From Mobula hypostoma (taxonomy: Eukaryota), in assembly GCF_963921235.1 (NCBI RefSeq), contig NC_086108.1:75332001-75396000 (forward strand): a stretch of 64,000 nucleotides of DNA. The letters run 5' to 3'. The notes beneath the pieces are model-generated. The model saw nothing but the letters and a program-made list of their open reading frames with translations. It did not search any database and was not told where the DNA came from. Within the stretch, counting starts at the first letter, position 1, and each line of letters opens with the position of its first letter. Shown piece after piece: positions 25,756 through 38,971 of this stretch. A program made the translations under genes and the position numbers.

Positions 25756-26169
25756 TCAGTGCCCACTTTATTAGGTATCTCCTGAGATTATTGTCAGTGA
25801 GCCGGTCACTCCTAAGACCATGAATCAGCAGAGTATACACGTAATTGGGACATCTGAAGGACGTCTAGACTCTGGTTGGATGTTACCACAGCTGGTAGAG
25901 CTTTCCCCTTTCACTCAAACTCTTTTGTTAAATGCTTCTATTAGGCAACTTAATGAAAGAAGCAACACATTGCAGACTGATTTGCCATTGTGATTATTAT
26001 GCAGGAAATGCCATCTACTATTTGAAATACATGATGAAAATTAACAAAGGCAGAATCCAACTGGTTAAAATATTGCTTTTTGTTTTTCTTGGAGGTTATA
26101 AGATTACATGAAAAATAAATTTAGGCAAGCAAAAATAGTTTTTAGTATCATGATTAAAAATTGTTATTG

Positions 26170-27245
26170 TGGATCAACCTCCAAGTGAAGAAATTTCTCC
26201 TGCTCTCTATCCTGAATGGCTAACCCCTTAGTTTTGAGACGGTGACCCCTGGTTCCAAATATCATAGCCAAATGAAACATCAGCTCTATATTAATGATCT
26301 GAAACTCCTGAAGCCAAGAGAATAGGCCTTGGCGCAATGTTCCCCACACAGTCTCACAGGGATCTATGTAATTTAGGCAAGGTGCCTCCACTCTTCACAA
26401 TGTACCTGCCTATAATTGCCCACTAACTGATGAAGTAGAACGTCAGCATCACCATTTTAAAATATACTGCATTTCACTCTGTTTAAATCACACTTGCTTA
26501 TCTTAGTTTTCCACTCTGTTCCATCTGCCATGTCCTCACTCATTCACATAGTCTATCTATAATCAATCATAGTCTGAGTACACTATATCAACTGGTTCAC
26601 CCATATCCATTCTACTTGCAACCTGAAGAGGTTCTAACAGAATTTATCAAGCATGATTTCCCTTACATAAATCCATGTTGATGCTGTTCAATATGATTAT
26701 TACTTTTGAAGAGTACTGTTACATTTTCTTAATAATAGTTCTCAAAGCCTTCCCTGTTACAGATATCAGGCTAAGTGGTCTAGAACGTAGAACATAGAAA
26801 TCTACAAAGCGTTTCAGGCCCTTCAGCCCACAATGTTGTGCTCACCATGTAACCTACTCTAGAAACTGCCTAGAATTTTCCTACTGCATAGCCATCTATT
26901 TATCGAAGCTCCATGTAGCTACCTAAGAGTCTCTTAAAAGACCCTATTGTACCACCAACGCTACAGTGCATTCCACGCACCCACCACTCTCTGTGTGAAA
27001 AACTTACCTCTGACTTCCCCCTTGTACCTACTTAAAGCACCTTAAAACTATGCCCCCTCGTGTTAGTCACTTCAACTTTGGGAAGAAGCCTCTGGCTATC
27101 CACACAATCAATGCCTCTCATCAGGTCACCTCTCATCCTCCATCACTCCAAGGAGAAAAGGCCAAGTTCACTCAACCTATTCTCCTAAGGCACACTCTCC
27201 AATCCAGGCAACATCTTTGTAAATCTCCTCAGCACTCTCTCTAAC
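26170..27245 (-). mobile_element. CR1 fragments (an old copy plus a younger 3' end at 26780-27245)
   Basis: TRGHRLK-like motif. 3' end aacatagaaatctac...ggcccttcagcccacaatgttgtg like 6300 and 21600. Confidence 0.8.
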
Positions 27246-27649
27246 TGTTTTCTGTTTCCTTTGCTCTTGCAGCCTTCCAGTTTGTTGTAGGTAGTTCTCT
27301 TCACATGGTCAATGTTATAATGGAAAACATTTTTTCAGGAGAATGATAACCAGATTGTAGTTATTTACAATCTGCAACGATATTTATCCACAAAGTACTC
27401 TGCAATGTATCAGTCAATAATCCAACAAGTCAGTTCCATCCCATGGTAAAAAAGCTATGATTCTGCTGCACATAGGGTTAATGTTGTTGCATGTCATAGA
27501 AAAGACTGTCTACATGGAAAAGTACACAAAAGTCTTTCTTCAGTGATATTTAGCCGTTGTGGAGAACGGAGATCACAGAGCAAGTACACTGAGGAGAGGT
27601 CTGAGGGGTTAGGGACCAAGGTGGTCAGTTGGGACAATGGGTGGGAAGG

Positions 27650-27995
27650 GATTTTGAATATTGAAAGGCCTAGTTAGAATGGGCTTGGTGAGCTTGTTTC
27701 CTGTAGTGGAAGAGTCTACGACCGGCTACCACAGCCTCAGAATAGAAGGATGTCCCATTAGATCAGAGGTGAGCAGGAATTTCTTTAGTCAGAAGGTGGT
27801 GAAGAGACAGCTGTCGAGGCCTTGTATATTTAAACTGGAGATCGATAGGTTCTTGATCAGTAAGGATGTCAAGGGTTACAGGGAGAATGCAGGAAATGAG
27901 GTTAAGAGGGATAATAAATCAGCCACTATGATAATGGCTGAGCAGACTCAATGGGGCCAAATGGCCTAATTCTACTCCTATGTCTTATGGTCTTG
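27650..27995 (+). mobile_element. CR1 3' end
   Basis: HSLRIEGCPIRSEVSRNFFSQKVV and tail ggcctaattctactcctatgtcttatggtct. Confidence 0.85.
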
Positions 27996-29549
27996 TGGGT
28001 GAAATGAGAAGTGGGTCAGTTAATTGGTGGATGTTGTGTGGTAGGTATGAGGAGATGATGGGGTGAAAGATAGAAAGTTGCAGATAGAAGCTCTCCCTTT
28101 ATTTTTCTTGACAGCAAGTTAATAAAGTCAACATTACTTATATTTAATGAACAGAACGGTAAAATATCCTGAATCCTTCCATAAAATGAGCTAAACTGCT
28201 CACAAAGTTCAATTCCAAATTTTTTTGTATTTATTTGAAAGAAACAAAAATATACAGAATCTTTTGACTATAGATTAATCTCTCCAAAACAAATTTTGTA
28301 AATGGATTTCATTTGTTTACCTAATCTTAATCATTGTAAACTTTCTACAGCTGAATCCTTTAAGTTTTCTTCCTTGGGTAAATTACCAACTGCCAATTGT
28401 AAAACAAATAAGATTTCACTTATCAAAGGGCCAACAAATGTTTGATATAACAAAGACCAAATCTGCAACTGTCATTTCATTTAGGAAACAAATTGTCTTC
28501 TTCATTAAACCAGATTTCTCAACACTTTCAGTTGTTACATATAACATGAAAAAAAAGATAAATCTGCAAACTTCGTTTTTTACTGATGATTTTGGGTTTT
28601 AAACTTTCAACAAGAAAGTAAAAGATCATAACTCAAACAGATCTTTATGGTTCAATTTCTCCTGTATTTATCAACTGACCTCATTAAGTAAAATAAGTGA
28701 AACAAGATGTGATTCAGTGTCTGTGCAATGATACTATTTCAGTGTAGCTCAGGACAGAATGTACCTCTTCAATTCTTATTGACTCGCAGAGATATGTTGA
28801 ATTTTAGAAGTGATTTTTTATGAAAATCTTTTGTCAAGTATTTATAACTGAAGCAAAAACCATAAGTATCACAAGTGCAGGACAGTACTGAGATATAAGA
28901 AATTGTCATATAGAAATTATAATGGAATTCCAGGATCCAGACAAAGCAGTCAGCTTTAGGACCATCTTGCTAATAAACAGTAAATATACCGTGCTGCCTT
29001 TTCAAGATTTAAAAAATATGCAAGAAAATAATTTAAAATGTTGCATGAAGAGATAATATATAAATGGTACCCATCCTAGATGCAAGTGATCCAAGAACAA
29101 ATTACTGCTGATGTTGAAAATGCAAAATGAACACAGAAACCATCTGAAGTACCAGCAACTTCAGGCAGCATCTGTGGAGGGAGAAAAGCAGAGCTAAGTT
29201 TTCAGGCTAAAGGAACCTTAAACGAATTGTTATTTTATTCAGAGATCTTCACAGATTGTGCATGTGCCCACAAAATTACAGATGATCAATCAGCCCTTAA
29301 GTGGTATGACAATTATCTTTGCAGAATACACTGCTTTTTTTCCTTTAAAAGAAATTTAGTGAAGCTGCTTTAACAACACTTACAAATTTATAGTTTAACT
29401 GATTAACTGGGTTTTGTATCCTCCGTGACCTTTGTAACTCACTTCTATTTCTCCTGGAGATGCGCCAGAAGTTAGTGCGTCCTCCATCCTGGACTCCTTG
29501 AATGTACCTCTTCCTGACTCTAGTTAAGACATCGGAAATCTAAAATACA

Positions 29550-29760
29550 AAAAGAAAATACTGGAAACACTCGGTAAGTCAGGAGGCATCCATTGAAAAA
29601 GAAACAGAATTACTGTTTCAGGAGAAAAGAACCTCTATTGGAATTGGAAAAGGGTAATTTAAAAAACGCAAACACGAGGAAATCTGCAGATGCTGGAATT
29701 TCAAGCAACACACATAAAAGTTGCTGGTGAATGCAGCAGGCCAGGCAGCATCTATAGGAG
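29550..29760 (-). mobile_element. Penelope-tail fragments
   Basis: gaggaaatctgcagatgctggaatttcaagcaacacacataaaagttgctgg is the reverse complement of the PLE tail end. Confidence 0.7.
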
Positions 29761-30657
29761 GCAGGGGTAATGGATCGCATGAAGGGAATCTGCAAAAAGG
29801 TTGTCACAGAGATGAACTGTAGGGATCATCCAGTCAAATAGGTCAACAGGGGCAGTCAGATGGGAATTGACACAAACTAAGAAGTGTAAGGTGCTGTTGA
29901 TAGTAGGGCTGTGGGAAATGTTCAGCACATCTGGCTGTACCAGTGGCAAGAGTAAAATGAAAATAAATATCATAGTTGGTTGACAGAGGATAGGAGAAAG
30001 GGGTGAATGAACAGGAAGAGAGAGGGGAGTAAAGTGGGAGAGATTTCTGATACTGATACAAGTATCTCACAGAAAATCTGCAAGCCCATTCTTAATAGTA
30101 AGATGCAATCTCCCCTTTATGTTTGTTTCTTTCATATCTCCTTTATGGTACACACTGATCTCCCAAATTCTGTACCTGAGGCTGAATTATAATTAGGTTT
30201 CAAGTTCTTTAAACAAAACGTGCTGAAACTGCAGAGTGTTAACATATCATCTCCTGGAAAAGATGATATATCAGACAAATGGGTCTGAGTTCTCTGTTGC
30301 GCACTGAGTGGTGGTGCATGGTTTCGAATGCTTTATCTCAATCCACTTTGCTGGTCACTTCACTCTGTGAGGATGTTGGCAAAGTTCTGTGCTTCTGATT
30401 TCATCCTAACTATATCAAAATCCGCTGACTGAAATTTCTCTAGTACTCTGCTTTATGGTTTTTTGGATATATCTGCTTGATTAGACCAACCTGGATTAGT
30501 GGGCAGCCTGTAACCTCTGTGATAGAAAAGATTTATATTCTTATCAGTTGAGGTTTTCCATTATTGCTATTAGCGATATATATAGTGTTTACACTTCACC
30601 TTTCATGCGATTCAACTTAATACTCTGAAATGATACGGTCTTTCTCCAGATAAGCTA

Positions 30658-31234
30658 CACTCAGGGGCCACTTTATTAGGTACGCCTGTACCCCTGCTCA
30701 TTAATGCAAATATCTAATCAGTCAATCATATGGCAGCAACTCAATGCATAAAAGCATGCAGGCATGGTCAAGAGCTTTAGTTGTTGTTCGTAACAAACAT
30801 CAGACTAGGAAAGAAATGTGATCTAAGTGACTTTGACCATGGAATGCTTGTTCATGCAAGATGGGGTGGTTTGAGTATCTCAGAAATTGCAGATCTCCTG
30901 GGACTTTTACACACAATAGTCTCTAGAGATTACAGAGAATTATGCAAAAAAAAACAAAAAAAATCCTGTGAGTGGCAGTTCTGTGGGTGGAAACACTTTG
31001 TTAATGAGAGAATCCAGAGGAGAATGGCCAGACTTGGTTCAAGCTGACAGGAAGGCAACTGTAACTTAAATAACTACACCTTACAATAGTGGTGTTCAGA
31101 AGAGCATCTCTGAATATACAAGGCATTTATCACTACCTTGATGTGGACGGACTACAGCAACACAAGACTATGAACATATGCTCAGTGGCCACTTTACTAG
31201 GTAGGGAGGTTCCTAATGAAGTGGCCACAGTGTG
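30658..31234 (+). mobile_element. Tc1-like non-autonomous DNA transposon
   Basis: TIRs cactcaggggccactttattagg / cctaatgaagtggccacagtgtg flanked by TA. Transposase N-terminal remnant GKKCDLSDFDHGMLVHARWGGLSISEIADLLG. Confidence 0.88.
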
Positions 31235-33598
31235 TATTTCACTACTCTGAACTAGCATACTTGTGATAGTTGACCTTTGTTACAGCATTTTGCTCGCATT
31301 TTTCCCTACCACTTTCCACCCCTTCTGTCTGACTCACTCAAGACATTCAGACTTATTATTACAGCTCATGCCTTTGCTACGTACTGCTGTTTGTCCTGAT
31401 ACAGTGGTGTGCAACATCTAAAATTCCTCAATAATTTTGAAATCCAGCTCCATCAGTGTGGTTATTTTGTGCACTTTCTACAGTTGAACTCGTGGACCAC
31501 AGCATTCACCAAAGCTTCTTATAAAGCGTGATCAAATGATCGTCATCTTTCAAGATTTGTATCTGGAGATCTAAACTCAAGATTCATTATTTCAATTCCA
31601 TTTGATGAAGCTACTGTGACTAATCTGAATTTTCAGACTCTGTCTGCTACCAGGAGTATATACAGTACTCCCTTGATGTATTTAATGATCTTGTTGCTTC
31701 AGGCAATGTTTCTCCATCTTATTCTCATTGCCAGTGCAAGTCAATGTCGATTCCTTGTGCATTCCTTGTGCATTCCTAGTCTGTAGTGAAGTAAAATGCA
31801 AGATGTGCAAAGTAATAGCAGGATGCACAGAGAATTTTAAATAACAAGTCTGGTTTATTCAGTGTCTCTCTCAGACTTTGCATGATGATACTCATGTGAT
31901 AGAATATGTCAGACAGTAAAGTCACGCCTATTTATGTACACAGCACACTAGAGTTAGTTTCCATACCTGTTGCCATGTCCTGAAATCCACTTGTTTAGAA
32001 GACTGATTATGAAGAATATTTAAAAATCCATCCCTAGAATGTTATTAAGTGGCTCGAATCTCTCAGCAGCACTTGAGTAAATCTAACAAAGCTTTTGTGT
32101 TAACAGGAAAAGTTGAAAATCTTTATGTCAACAGGAATGCTATCTGTCACATACACACAGATCACACTTAAACCTGATTCAAACAAAGCCAGCAAAGCTT
32201 GTATATTATTTTATTTGAACAAGCTGGCAACATTTTGGATCCTTTTGGTGCTTGGTTCTCTGTTCTAATTTATCTCTCTCCCACTAAACTGCATGCCTTC
32301 CTGCATATTATTGCTTTGCTGTGCTGTGTCTTCTCTAATTTATGGAGCTCCGATCCAGACCATTTTTGTCAACGTCTTTGACAGGACACAGTGGGTGAAT
32401 TTTCTGTAGTTGCACTGTGCAATATCATGGAGGTAAAATTACAATATAAGTAGCATGTCATGGGTAATCCCTTTTCAAAGACATTTCCCTGGTGGGATAA
32501 ATGTGCATCACACTTACCTCATCGATCACAACAACATTGTCAGAAAAAATGTGGTACTTGTTATCTCTCAGATTGTTCAAATTGCAATGCTTTCATTAAT
32601 CTCATATTCAGATCAACTAAAATTTGGAAAATATAAATCTACTGTAGCTATGTTATCTGCTTATTTCCTAAACTACTTGCTATAACACTAACCTATCAGC
32701 CACTTGCACTGCCAAGTTGTTGAAAGGAGTAATTAGTCTGGAAGACATGGTTTATTCAAAGAATGTCCTCCTGCCATTTTCAAAAGATTTAACATGTCAG
32801 AGTTCTGACCCAGGAATCTCTGTATAGATCAAAAAAAAGGTTGATACTTGTGAAAGTAAAGCCTGAATCTTACATGGGGTTTCTGTCCTTCTGGTGAATT
32901 TGGCTTGTCTTATTTCAACAATCAATTGATGCTCTTATGGGAAAATGCCTCAAAGTGTTTGATACTAATATGTTAGAAGGTAATGGGATATCTGACCAAA
33001 GTTTGGGCAAAGACATAAATGCAAGGCATTTAAAAAGAAATTGAGGTAGAATGTTCTAGGATACAGCATTTGGTTAAGAAAGTGGGTCATTTATTGAGGT
33101 GATACTTGTAGCACAGGCCCAGAAACTCCTTTTCCTCTCAAAATGTGTATTGAACTGGTGAAACAATGGATGTCCTACCTCTGCTTCTGCCTGACTCCCA
33201 GGAACAATATTTAACCATGTGAAGGACAAGGCATCGTGTACAATCCAAACATGCAAACACTCAAGAAAGTTTTCTCTCCACTGTGGTGGCATCCGAGGAG
33301 GAATGCAGCCTGGTTGCAGAGTGCGTAGAGGATGATGACAAATGCCCGTGGAGTATGAGGTAGGTATGAATTCGTGTGATTATGAGGCCTGCTTTGGAAC
33401 AACTCTATTCATCATCCTGAGTGCCACAAATCTTCAAATAAATATTATGCAAGTGGTTCTTGAATGTTTAATTTCTCATCAAGGCCTCCATGCAAATGTG
33501 CATTATATGTATAACCCATAACACCACAAGACATAGGAGCAGAATTAGGCCATTCAGCCCATTGAGTCTGCTGATTTATTATCCCTCTTAATTCCATT

Positions 33599-34271
33599 TC
33601 ACCTAAGCGCTAAAAAGACAGAGTACATGGCGTTTAACTGCGACGAAAGTACTCTCAAGACCGTAAAGAATGATAGCATTAAGAAAGTCTTTGACTACAA
33701 GTACCTTGAGTCAAGAATGATGAGTTCAGAGAAGGACATAAAGATACGGAAGGCGCTGGCGTGGAGGGCTACGAACGAGATGAAGGAAATCTGGAAGTCG
33801 AACCTGACCAAGGGCTTAAAAAGAGGATTTTCATAGCAGTCATAGAGTCCATTCTCACATACGGATGTGAGACGTGGAACTCACCAAGACGATGCGAAAG
33901 TCTCTAGATGGTTACTATAGACAAATGCTCTGGATGGCTCTCGACGTGAGTTGGCAAAAGCACATGACGAACGTTGAGCTCTATGTCGACCTACCAATGC
34001 TCACCACTAAAATCGAGGTGAGGAGACTGCAACTAGCGGGGCACTGTCTATGCCACCCCGAGCTACCTGCCAGCCTAGTCATCATATGGGAGCCCAAGCA
34101 CAGGAGGATGAACCCTGGGCGCCCTCCCAAGACTATGGTCAACACGCTTCTAGAAGACAGCGACGCGGCTAATGTAGATGAACTGAAAACACTGATGAGG
34201 GAGAGGGAGAAGTGGAGAGTCCGTCATCGTGCCCGACACCGGCCCCCTAGGCCTGAGTTGACGTAGCAGTA
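33599..34271 (+). mobile_element. RTE-type LINE 3' fragment
   Basis: SAKKTEYM..DYKYL..SEKDIKIRKALAW..ESILTYGCETW..RRLQLAGHC..GRPPKT motifs. TSD ttaattccatt at 33588-33598 and 35173-35183. Confidence 0.82.
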
Positions 34272-35169
34272 CAGGTTTCCCCCGCCATCCGAAGGTAGAG
34301 CATTCCTATGAAATGGTTCGTAAGCCAAAATGTCGTAAAGCGAAGAAGCAATTACCATTTATTTATATGGGAAAATTTTGTGAGCGTTCGGAGACCCAAA
34401 AATAACGTACCAAATCATGCCAAATAACACATAAAACCTAAAATAACAGTAACATATAGTAAAAGCAGGAATGATATGATAAATACACAGCCTATATAAA
34501 GTAGAAATACTTCTCTACAATGATTGCCTGCACAGATCTCCGTAGCGAAAATCTCACGCAAGCGCTCTCGGCAGAAAATCTCACGCAAGCGCGGTTGGCA
34601 TAGATGCGCTCTCCAGTAACCTTTAAACTATGAAGCTGCCAAATCTACCAAATAACACGTTAAAATACACAGCATATATAAAGTAGAAATAATGTATGTA
34701 CAGTGTAGTATCACTTACCGGAATTGGGAAAACAGCACCGAGCACACTGATGATGGTGTGTTAGACTGAGTCGTCGCAGGCTGGGTGGTGCAGTGGCCGC
34801 CACTCTCCAGGCCACCGACCCAACACATTGCCGCGAAGCCAAACTCACTTTGTCCTTGCTTTGTTCACCACGATTGAAACGCTTAATTATGTCTAGTTTT
34901 ACGTTAAGTGTAACACCCTTACTCTTTCAGGCTTTTCCGACACCTTAGAACTCATCTTGCTAACGGCTGCTCAATGCAACGTGTTTAAGCAAAGCCATTC
35001 CGAATCCAGGGCAGAGCGGATGCTCGGGGTGCGCGCTGCCTTATATCGCCCGCTGCCTTTCTTTGTAACAGTGAAAACACCTTCTGAAAGCGAAAACGGG
35101 GTACTAATATAGGTCTTTCGTAACAGTGAGGTTTCATAAAGCGAACGTTCGAAAAGCGGGGGACACCTG
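34272..35169 (-). mobile_element. Tigger/pogo-family non-autonomous DNA transposon
   Basis: TIRs caggtttcccccgc / gcgggggacacctg with TA on both sides. Minus-strand remnant KGVTLNVKLDIIKRFNRGE (CENP-B-type HTH) at ~34850-34955. Confidence 0.88.
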
Positions 35170-36213
35170 TAGTTAATTCCATTCTCCTAACTTCTCCCCG
35201 TAGCCTTTGACACCCTGACTAATCAAGAATATATCAACCTTTGCTTTAAATACACCCAGTGACTTGGCCTCCTCAGTTGACTGTGGCCATGAATTGCACA
35301 GATTCACTAGCCACTGTCTAAAGAAATTCCTCCTCATCTCTGTTCTAAATGGATGTCCCTCTATTCTGAAGCTGTGCCCTCTGGTCCTAGACACCCCCAT
35401 TAGGAAACATTCTCTCCACATCAACGCTATCTAGGCCTTTCAATATTTGATAGGCTTCAATGAGATTCCCCCCTCATTCTTCTAAACTCAAGTACAGGTC
35501 CAGAGCCATCAAGCGCTCCTCATAACAAACCAGTTCACAATTAGTAAACAACTCAAACTGTACACAAAAACCTAGGAGTTTGTAGATAGCAATCACAAAA
35601 ATTTAAGTGTGATTCTTTTGACGTTTCGTGATTTAACTTTATTGATTCCAGCTTTACTGTAGTTTGTAAGTCAAAGAGGAAATGCTGTGATTGTGTGCAT
35701 CAGATTCCACATTTATTCAGAATATTATATTCTGAAAGACTTAATCAAAAAAAAACAAAATAAATTGTACAAGAAGATTAAGTACCTGAAGAATCGTCAC
35801 TTGATATGAGTCTCCCAAAACTGTTAAACGATTGCATTTCAGCAAATAACAGAGCCCTCACCATATGGCTCACAACACCGAACATACCCTCTGCTTCTGT
35901 CCAGCCACAATCTTTTTGAGTCGCATGATGTGGCCCCATCACATAGGTGGCTACTTTCAGCCTGACATCTCAGGATACCTTGGTCCTAATACAATTAGGG
36001 TGAAATAAAAGAGAATGTTGGACATACTCAACAGGTCATCCAGCACCACGAATAGCAAAGTAGTATTAAAGTTGCAGGTAGATGAAAGGTCTTTGATTTG
36101 TGATGTTAATTCTTGTTTCTTTCTCCACAGATAATGCCTGCCTTGCCAAGTATATCCAGTACTTTCTGTTTTTATTGCAGAATCAAGTTCAAGTTTAATG
36201 GTCACTCAACCAT

Positions 36214-36504
36214 TAAGGCATCCATTAGTCTTGCGAGACCATGGATCTGTGCTTGGAAAGTCTTCACTCTTCAGGGCGCGGGCCTGGGCAAGGTTGTATG
36301 GAAGACCAGCAGCTGCCCATGCTGCAAGTCTCCCCTCTCCACGCCACTGATGTTGTCCAAGGGAAGGGCATTAGGACCCATACAGCTTGGCACTGTGTGG
36401 TTTAGTGCCTTGCTCAAGGACACAACACATTGCCTTGGCTAGGGCTCAAACTCACGACCTTCAGGTCGCTAGTCCAATGCCTTAACCACTTGGCCACGTG
36501 CCCA
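36214..36504 (-). mobile_element. tRNA-derived CORE-type SINE (second copy)
   Basis: Colinear with 5565-5881 apart from an internal deletion. Near-TSD cactcaaccat (36203-36213) / cattcaaccat (36505-36515). Confidence 0.85.
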
Positions 36505-36659
36505 CATTCAACCATACTGCTCAACAAAACTACATTCCTGTTGGGCCAAGGTGAAAATCAAAGTCCATAGAGTCACTCACAGCACATGTAGTTATGATAG
36601 CACATAGAATTACAATACTAATATTAGCACAATTCCCTGAGTGGCAAAGTCTGAAGATT

Positions 36660-36950
36660 AATGGCACATGAGACGTTGTCTTGAAGCCATGTTTCTGCAA
36701 GAATAAGCACACAGCAGTTCTTCACCTTGCTCTGGGTCAGCCGCAGATGAAGGCAATTCAGCTCGTCTTCCAGGGAGTGAATACTGGAGAGCAGCACTGG
36801 TGGGAAGGGCCAGCCCAGATGCCAGTACGCCCGCCAACCCTTTGTTCACTCTGATACCGCCTCCAGTTCCTCCTCCCCTGGTTGAATGAGGGCCCGGTCC
36901 ACACAACAAGTGAGGCCACGTATCTCCCACACCATTGGGTCATTGGTCAA
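36660..36950 (-). mobile_element. Rex1/L2-type LINE endonuclease N-terminal remnant
   Basis: Minus strand reads IHSLEDELNCLHLRLTQSKVKNCCVLILAETWL, an APE-domain start (NxxSL...ETWL). Confidence 0.7.
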
Positions 36951-38049
36951 TGATCTAATGAACCAGGCTTGCAGTATTTCGTATTACCAATGTACACCAG
37001 CACCTTGCAGTCACAATAAAACGTTTAAGATACACAGTTGCACCATTTGTTGGATCCGGAGAGGCCACTGCGGCCAACTGCACAGTCATCTTACCAGAAG
37101 ATTTCTGCAGTTTATTTTTTTCCTTTTCATTTACTGTTTGCATGATAATTTGGTTAGATTGAACTTGCGGATGACATGCATCTGGAAATATCTTGCTATG
37201 TTGGTTGGATACTTCTGTTGCAGTTATACTGGAGTCTGTGAAAAATACATGTCCACCTCAGAATCCTGCCCATGATGATGGAGGCTGGAGCACTGGGGTA
37301 AATGAGACAATAATTAATCTCAATGTATTCCAAACTATAGCACCCATGAATTATACCTAAGGGATCATTGGAAAGGAGTGCCTCATTACTGTATTGTTAA
37401 CTAAGTTAAACTAATCATTGTAAGATGTACTGACGTGGTGGGCCACTAAGGTACCATGTAAGGATGAACATAATACGGGCTTTCTGTTTATTTATTTAAC
37501 ATGGGAACACTGAGCTTCTAAAACCTGGAAATAATTTCAGCCTAAATGGTTTCACTCACAGGTATTGTTTGACTAGAGATAGAAAATTGTAACTTGAGAG
37601 CTTGCTTCTCTTCGTGGTTGGCTCTATGCATTGCGATACTTTTCTGACCTGTTACCATCTGGCCTCATATGTGCTCATCCAAAGCACATGAGAGTTCATT
37701 ATGCAGCCAGTGCAAAGCAGTTGGTAATTTTCCTCAAATTCAGCACGCACATACATTCTGTCAAAGAGCGCTGCATTTTTACATGGGAATATGTCTCCCT
37801 TCATCAGAATAATATTTTAATTTGAGACTGTACAGTTAGACTGAGAAATGTAAGTTATCTGTGTGCAATAACAGCAACTAAAACTTCAGGCTGAGCCAAA
37901 CTTAACTGACACTCAGTGGCTAACATGGTCTAGAAAGGGTCAGAGCCCATATCTCTCAAATTCTCTGTTTGATTACTGTTTCGTTCTGTGTTTTCTTTAT
38001 TACTTCTGAAATGGAAATCCATTCCAGATGTGTGCTGTGATCACTCCAG

Positions 38050-38100
38050 CAAGGTCACAGCCAAGTTGGGGTGCTCTGTTTGACCCCTTCTGACCCTTTG
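38050..38100. promoter_or_regulatory. Candidate nuclear-receptor site cluster (CAAGGTCA plus DR4)
   Basis: caaggtca at 38050-38057 and tgaccc-cttc-tgaccc at 38081-38096, in repeat-free DNA. Confidence 0.3.
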
Positions 38101-38971
38101 GATGTCCTGGAGGGGAGGCCCCTTTTCCCCTGCTGCCTGAGCAAAACAGCAGCTGTCACGACAGATTAATTCTACCCTTTGCCTTCCTGACTGGTTTTAA
38201 ATTTTATTGAGCAGGCCCTGACACCTGGTTTAGTTTTATGAGGAATAGTCTGAGTAATCAAGGCTACCCGAACATGTCAATAGAAACTGTCCCAGACATC
38301 ACGGCAGGGATGTGACGCCATGTTGCAAGTCTCCTTCAGCCTCCTCACAAAGTTGTAGACTTTCTATTAAGGAGAAGAGATAGAGGGACTCGCATTTAAA
38401 CAAAATACTTTCAGACAAATAGATCCGAGCAAGATTATTAATAAGGGATCTGCTATCAATTTATATTTTAGCTGAAAACTTCACCAACACAGTACTTGGT
38501 AAAATAATTAATACCTAAAAATAGTTTAAATTGGAGCACAATGTATAAATGTGCAAAGTCTGCAGTAATTTAGATAACTCCGTAAATTCTGCTTTGGTCT
38601 ATTTTGCTGAGTATTAACAGGTGGTAAAAACTGTAATAGTGCCTTTGTGTGCTGCAGGGCAAACATTGGCAATACATCTCTGTAGTGCTTTGTTTTCAAA
38701 TGACTATTTGAAATTTAGTCAGAAGTCACAGTTCGGGCAGTTATACGAGCAGAAAACTCAATAGGACAGAAATGTGTTCGTGTTGCAAAGCATGCACTAA
38801 AATGTCAATACCTGTGCAATCTGCTTATGATTGTCCAATGAAGTTTATGCAAGAAATTTGTATGTATCCTTTCTAAAGATTTTTTGAAAAGTAAATTAAT
38901 AGCATTCAAGCATTTTTCACATTAAGACACAATAGCAGAGTATTTTTTTTAAGGAGTCCTTTACTCTACTT

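Larger units (their letters stand above)
33520..35525 (-). mobile_element. CR1 3' end split by an RTE plus Tigger insertion
   Basis: The tail at 33520-33598 continues at 35173 (SRTRGHSFRIEGHPFRTEMRRNFF). Confidence 0.8.

Noticed and set aside
30244..30269. 9-bp hairpin atatcatct / agatgatat
   Set aside because: Expected by chance in 64 kb of AT-rich DNA.
33202..33359. Plus-strand AG...GT exon-like segment
   Set aside because: Stops in all through-frames and no homology recognised.
35786..35986. Minus-strand exon-like segment with a ~50-codon frame
   Set aside because: Poor acceptor tract and unrecognisable peptide.
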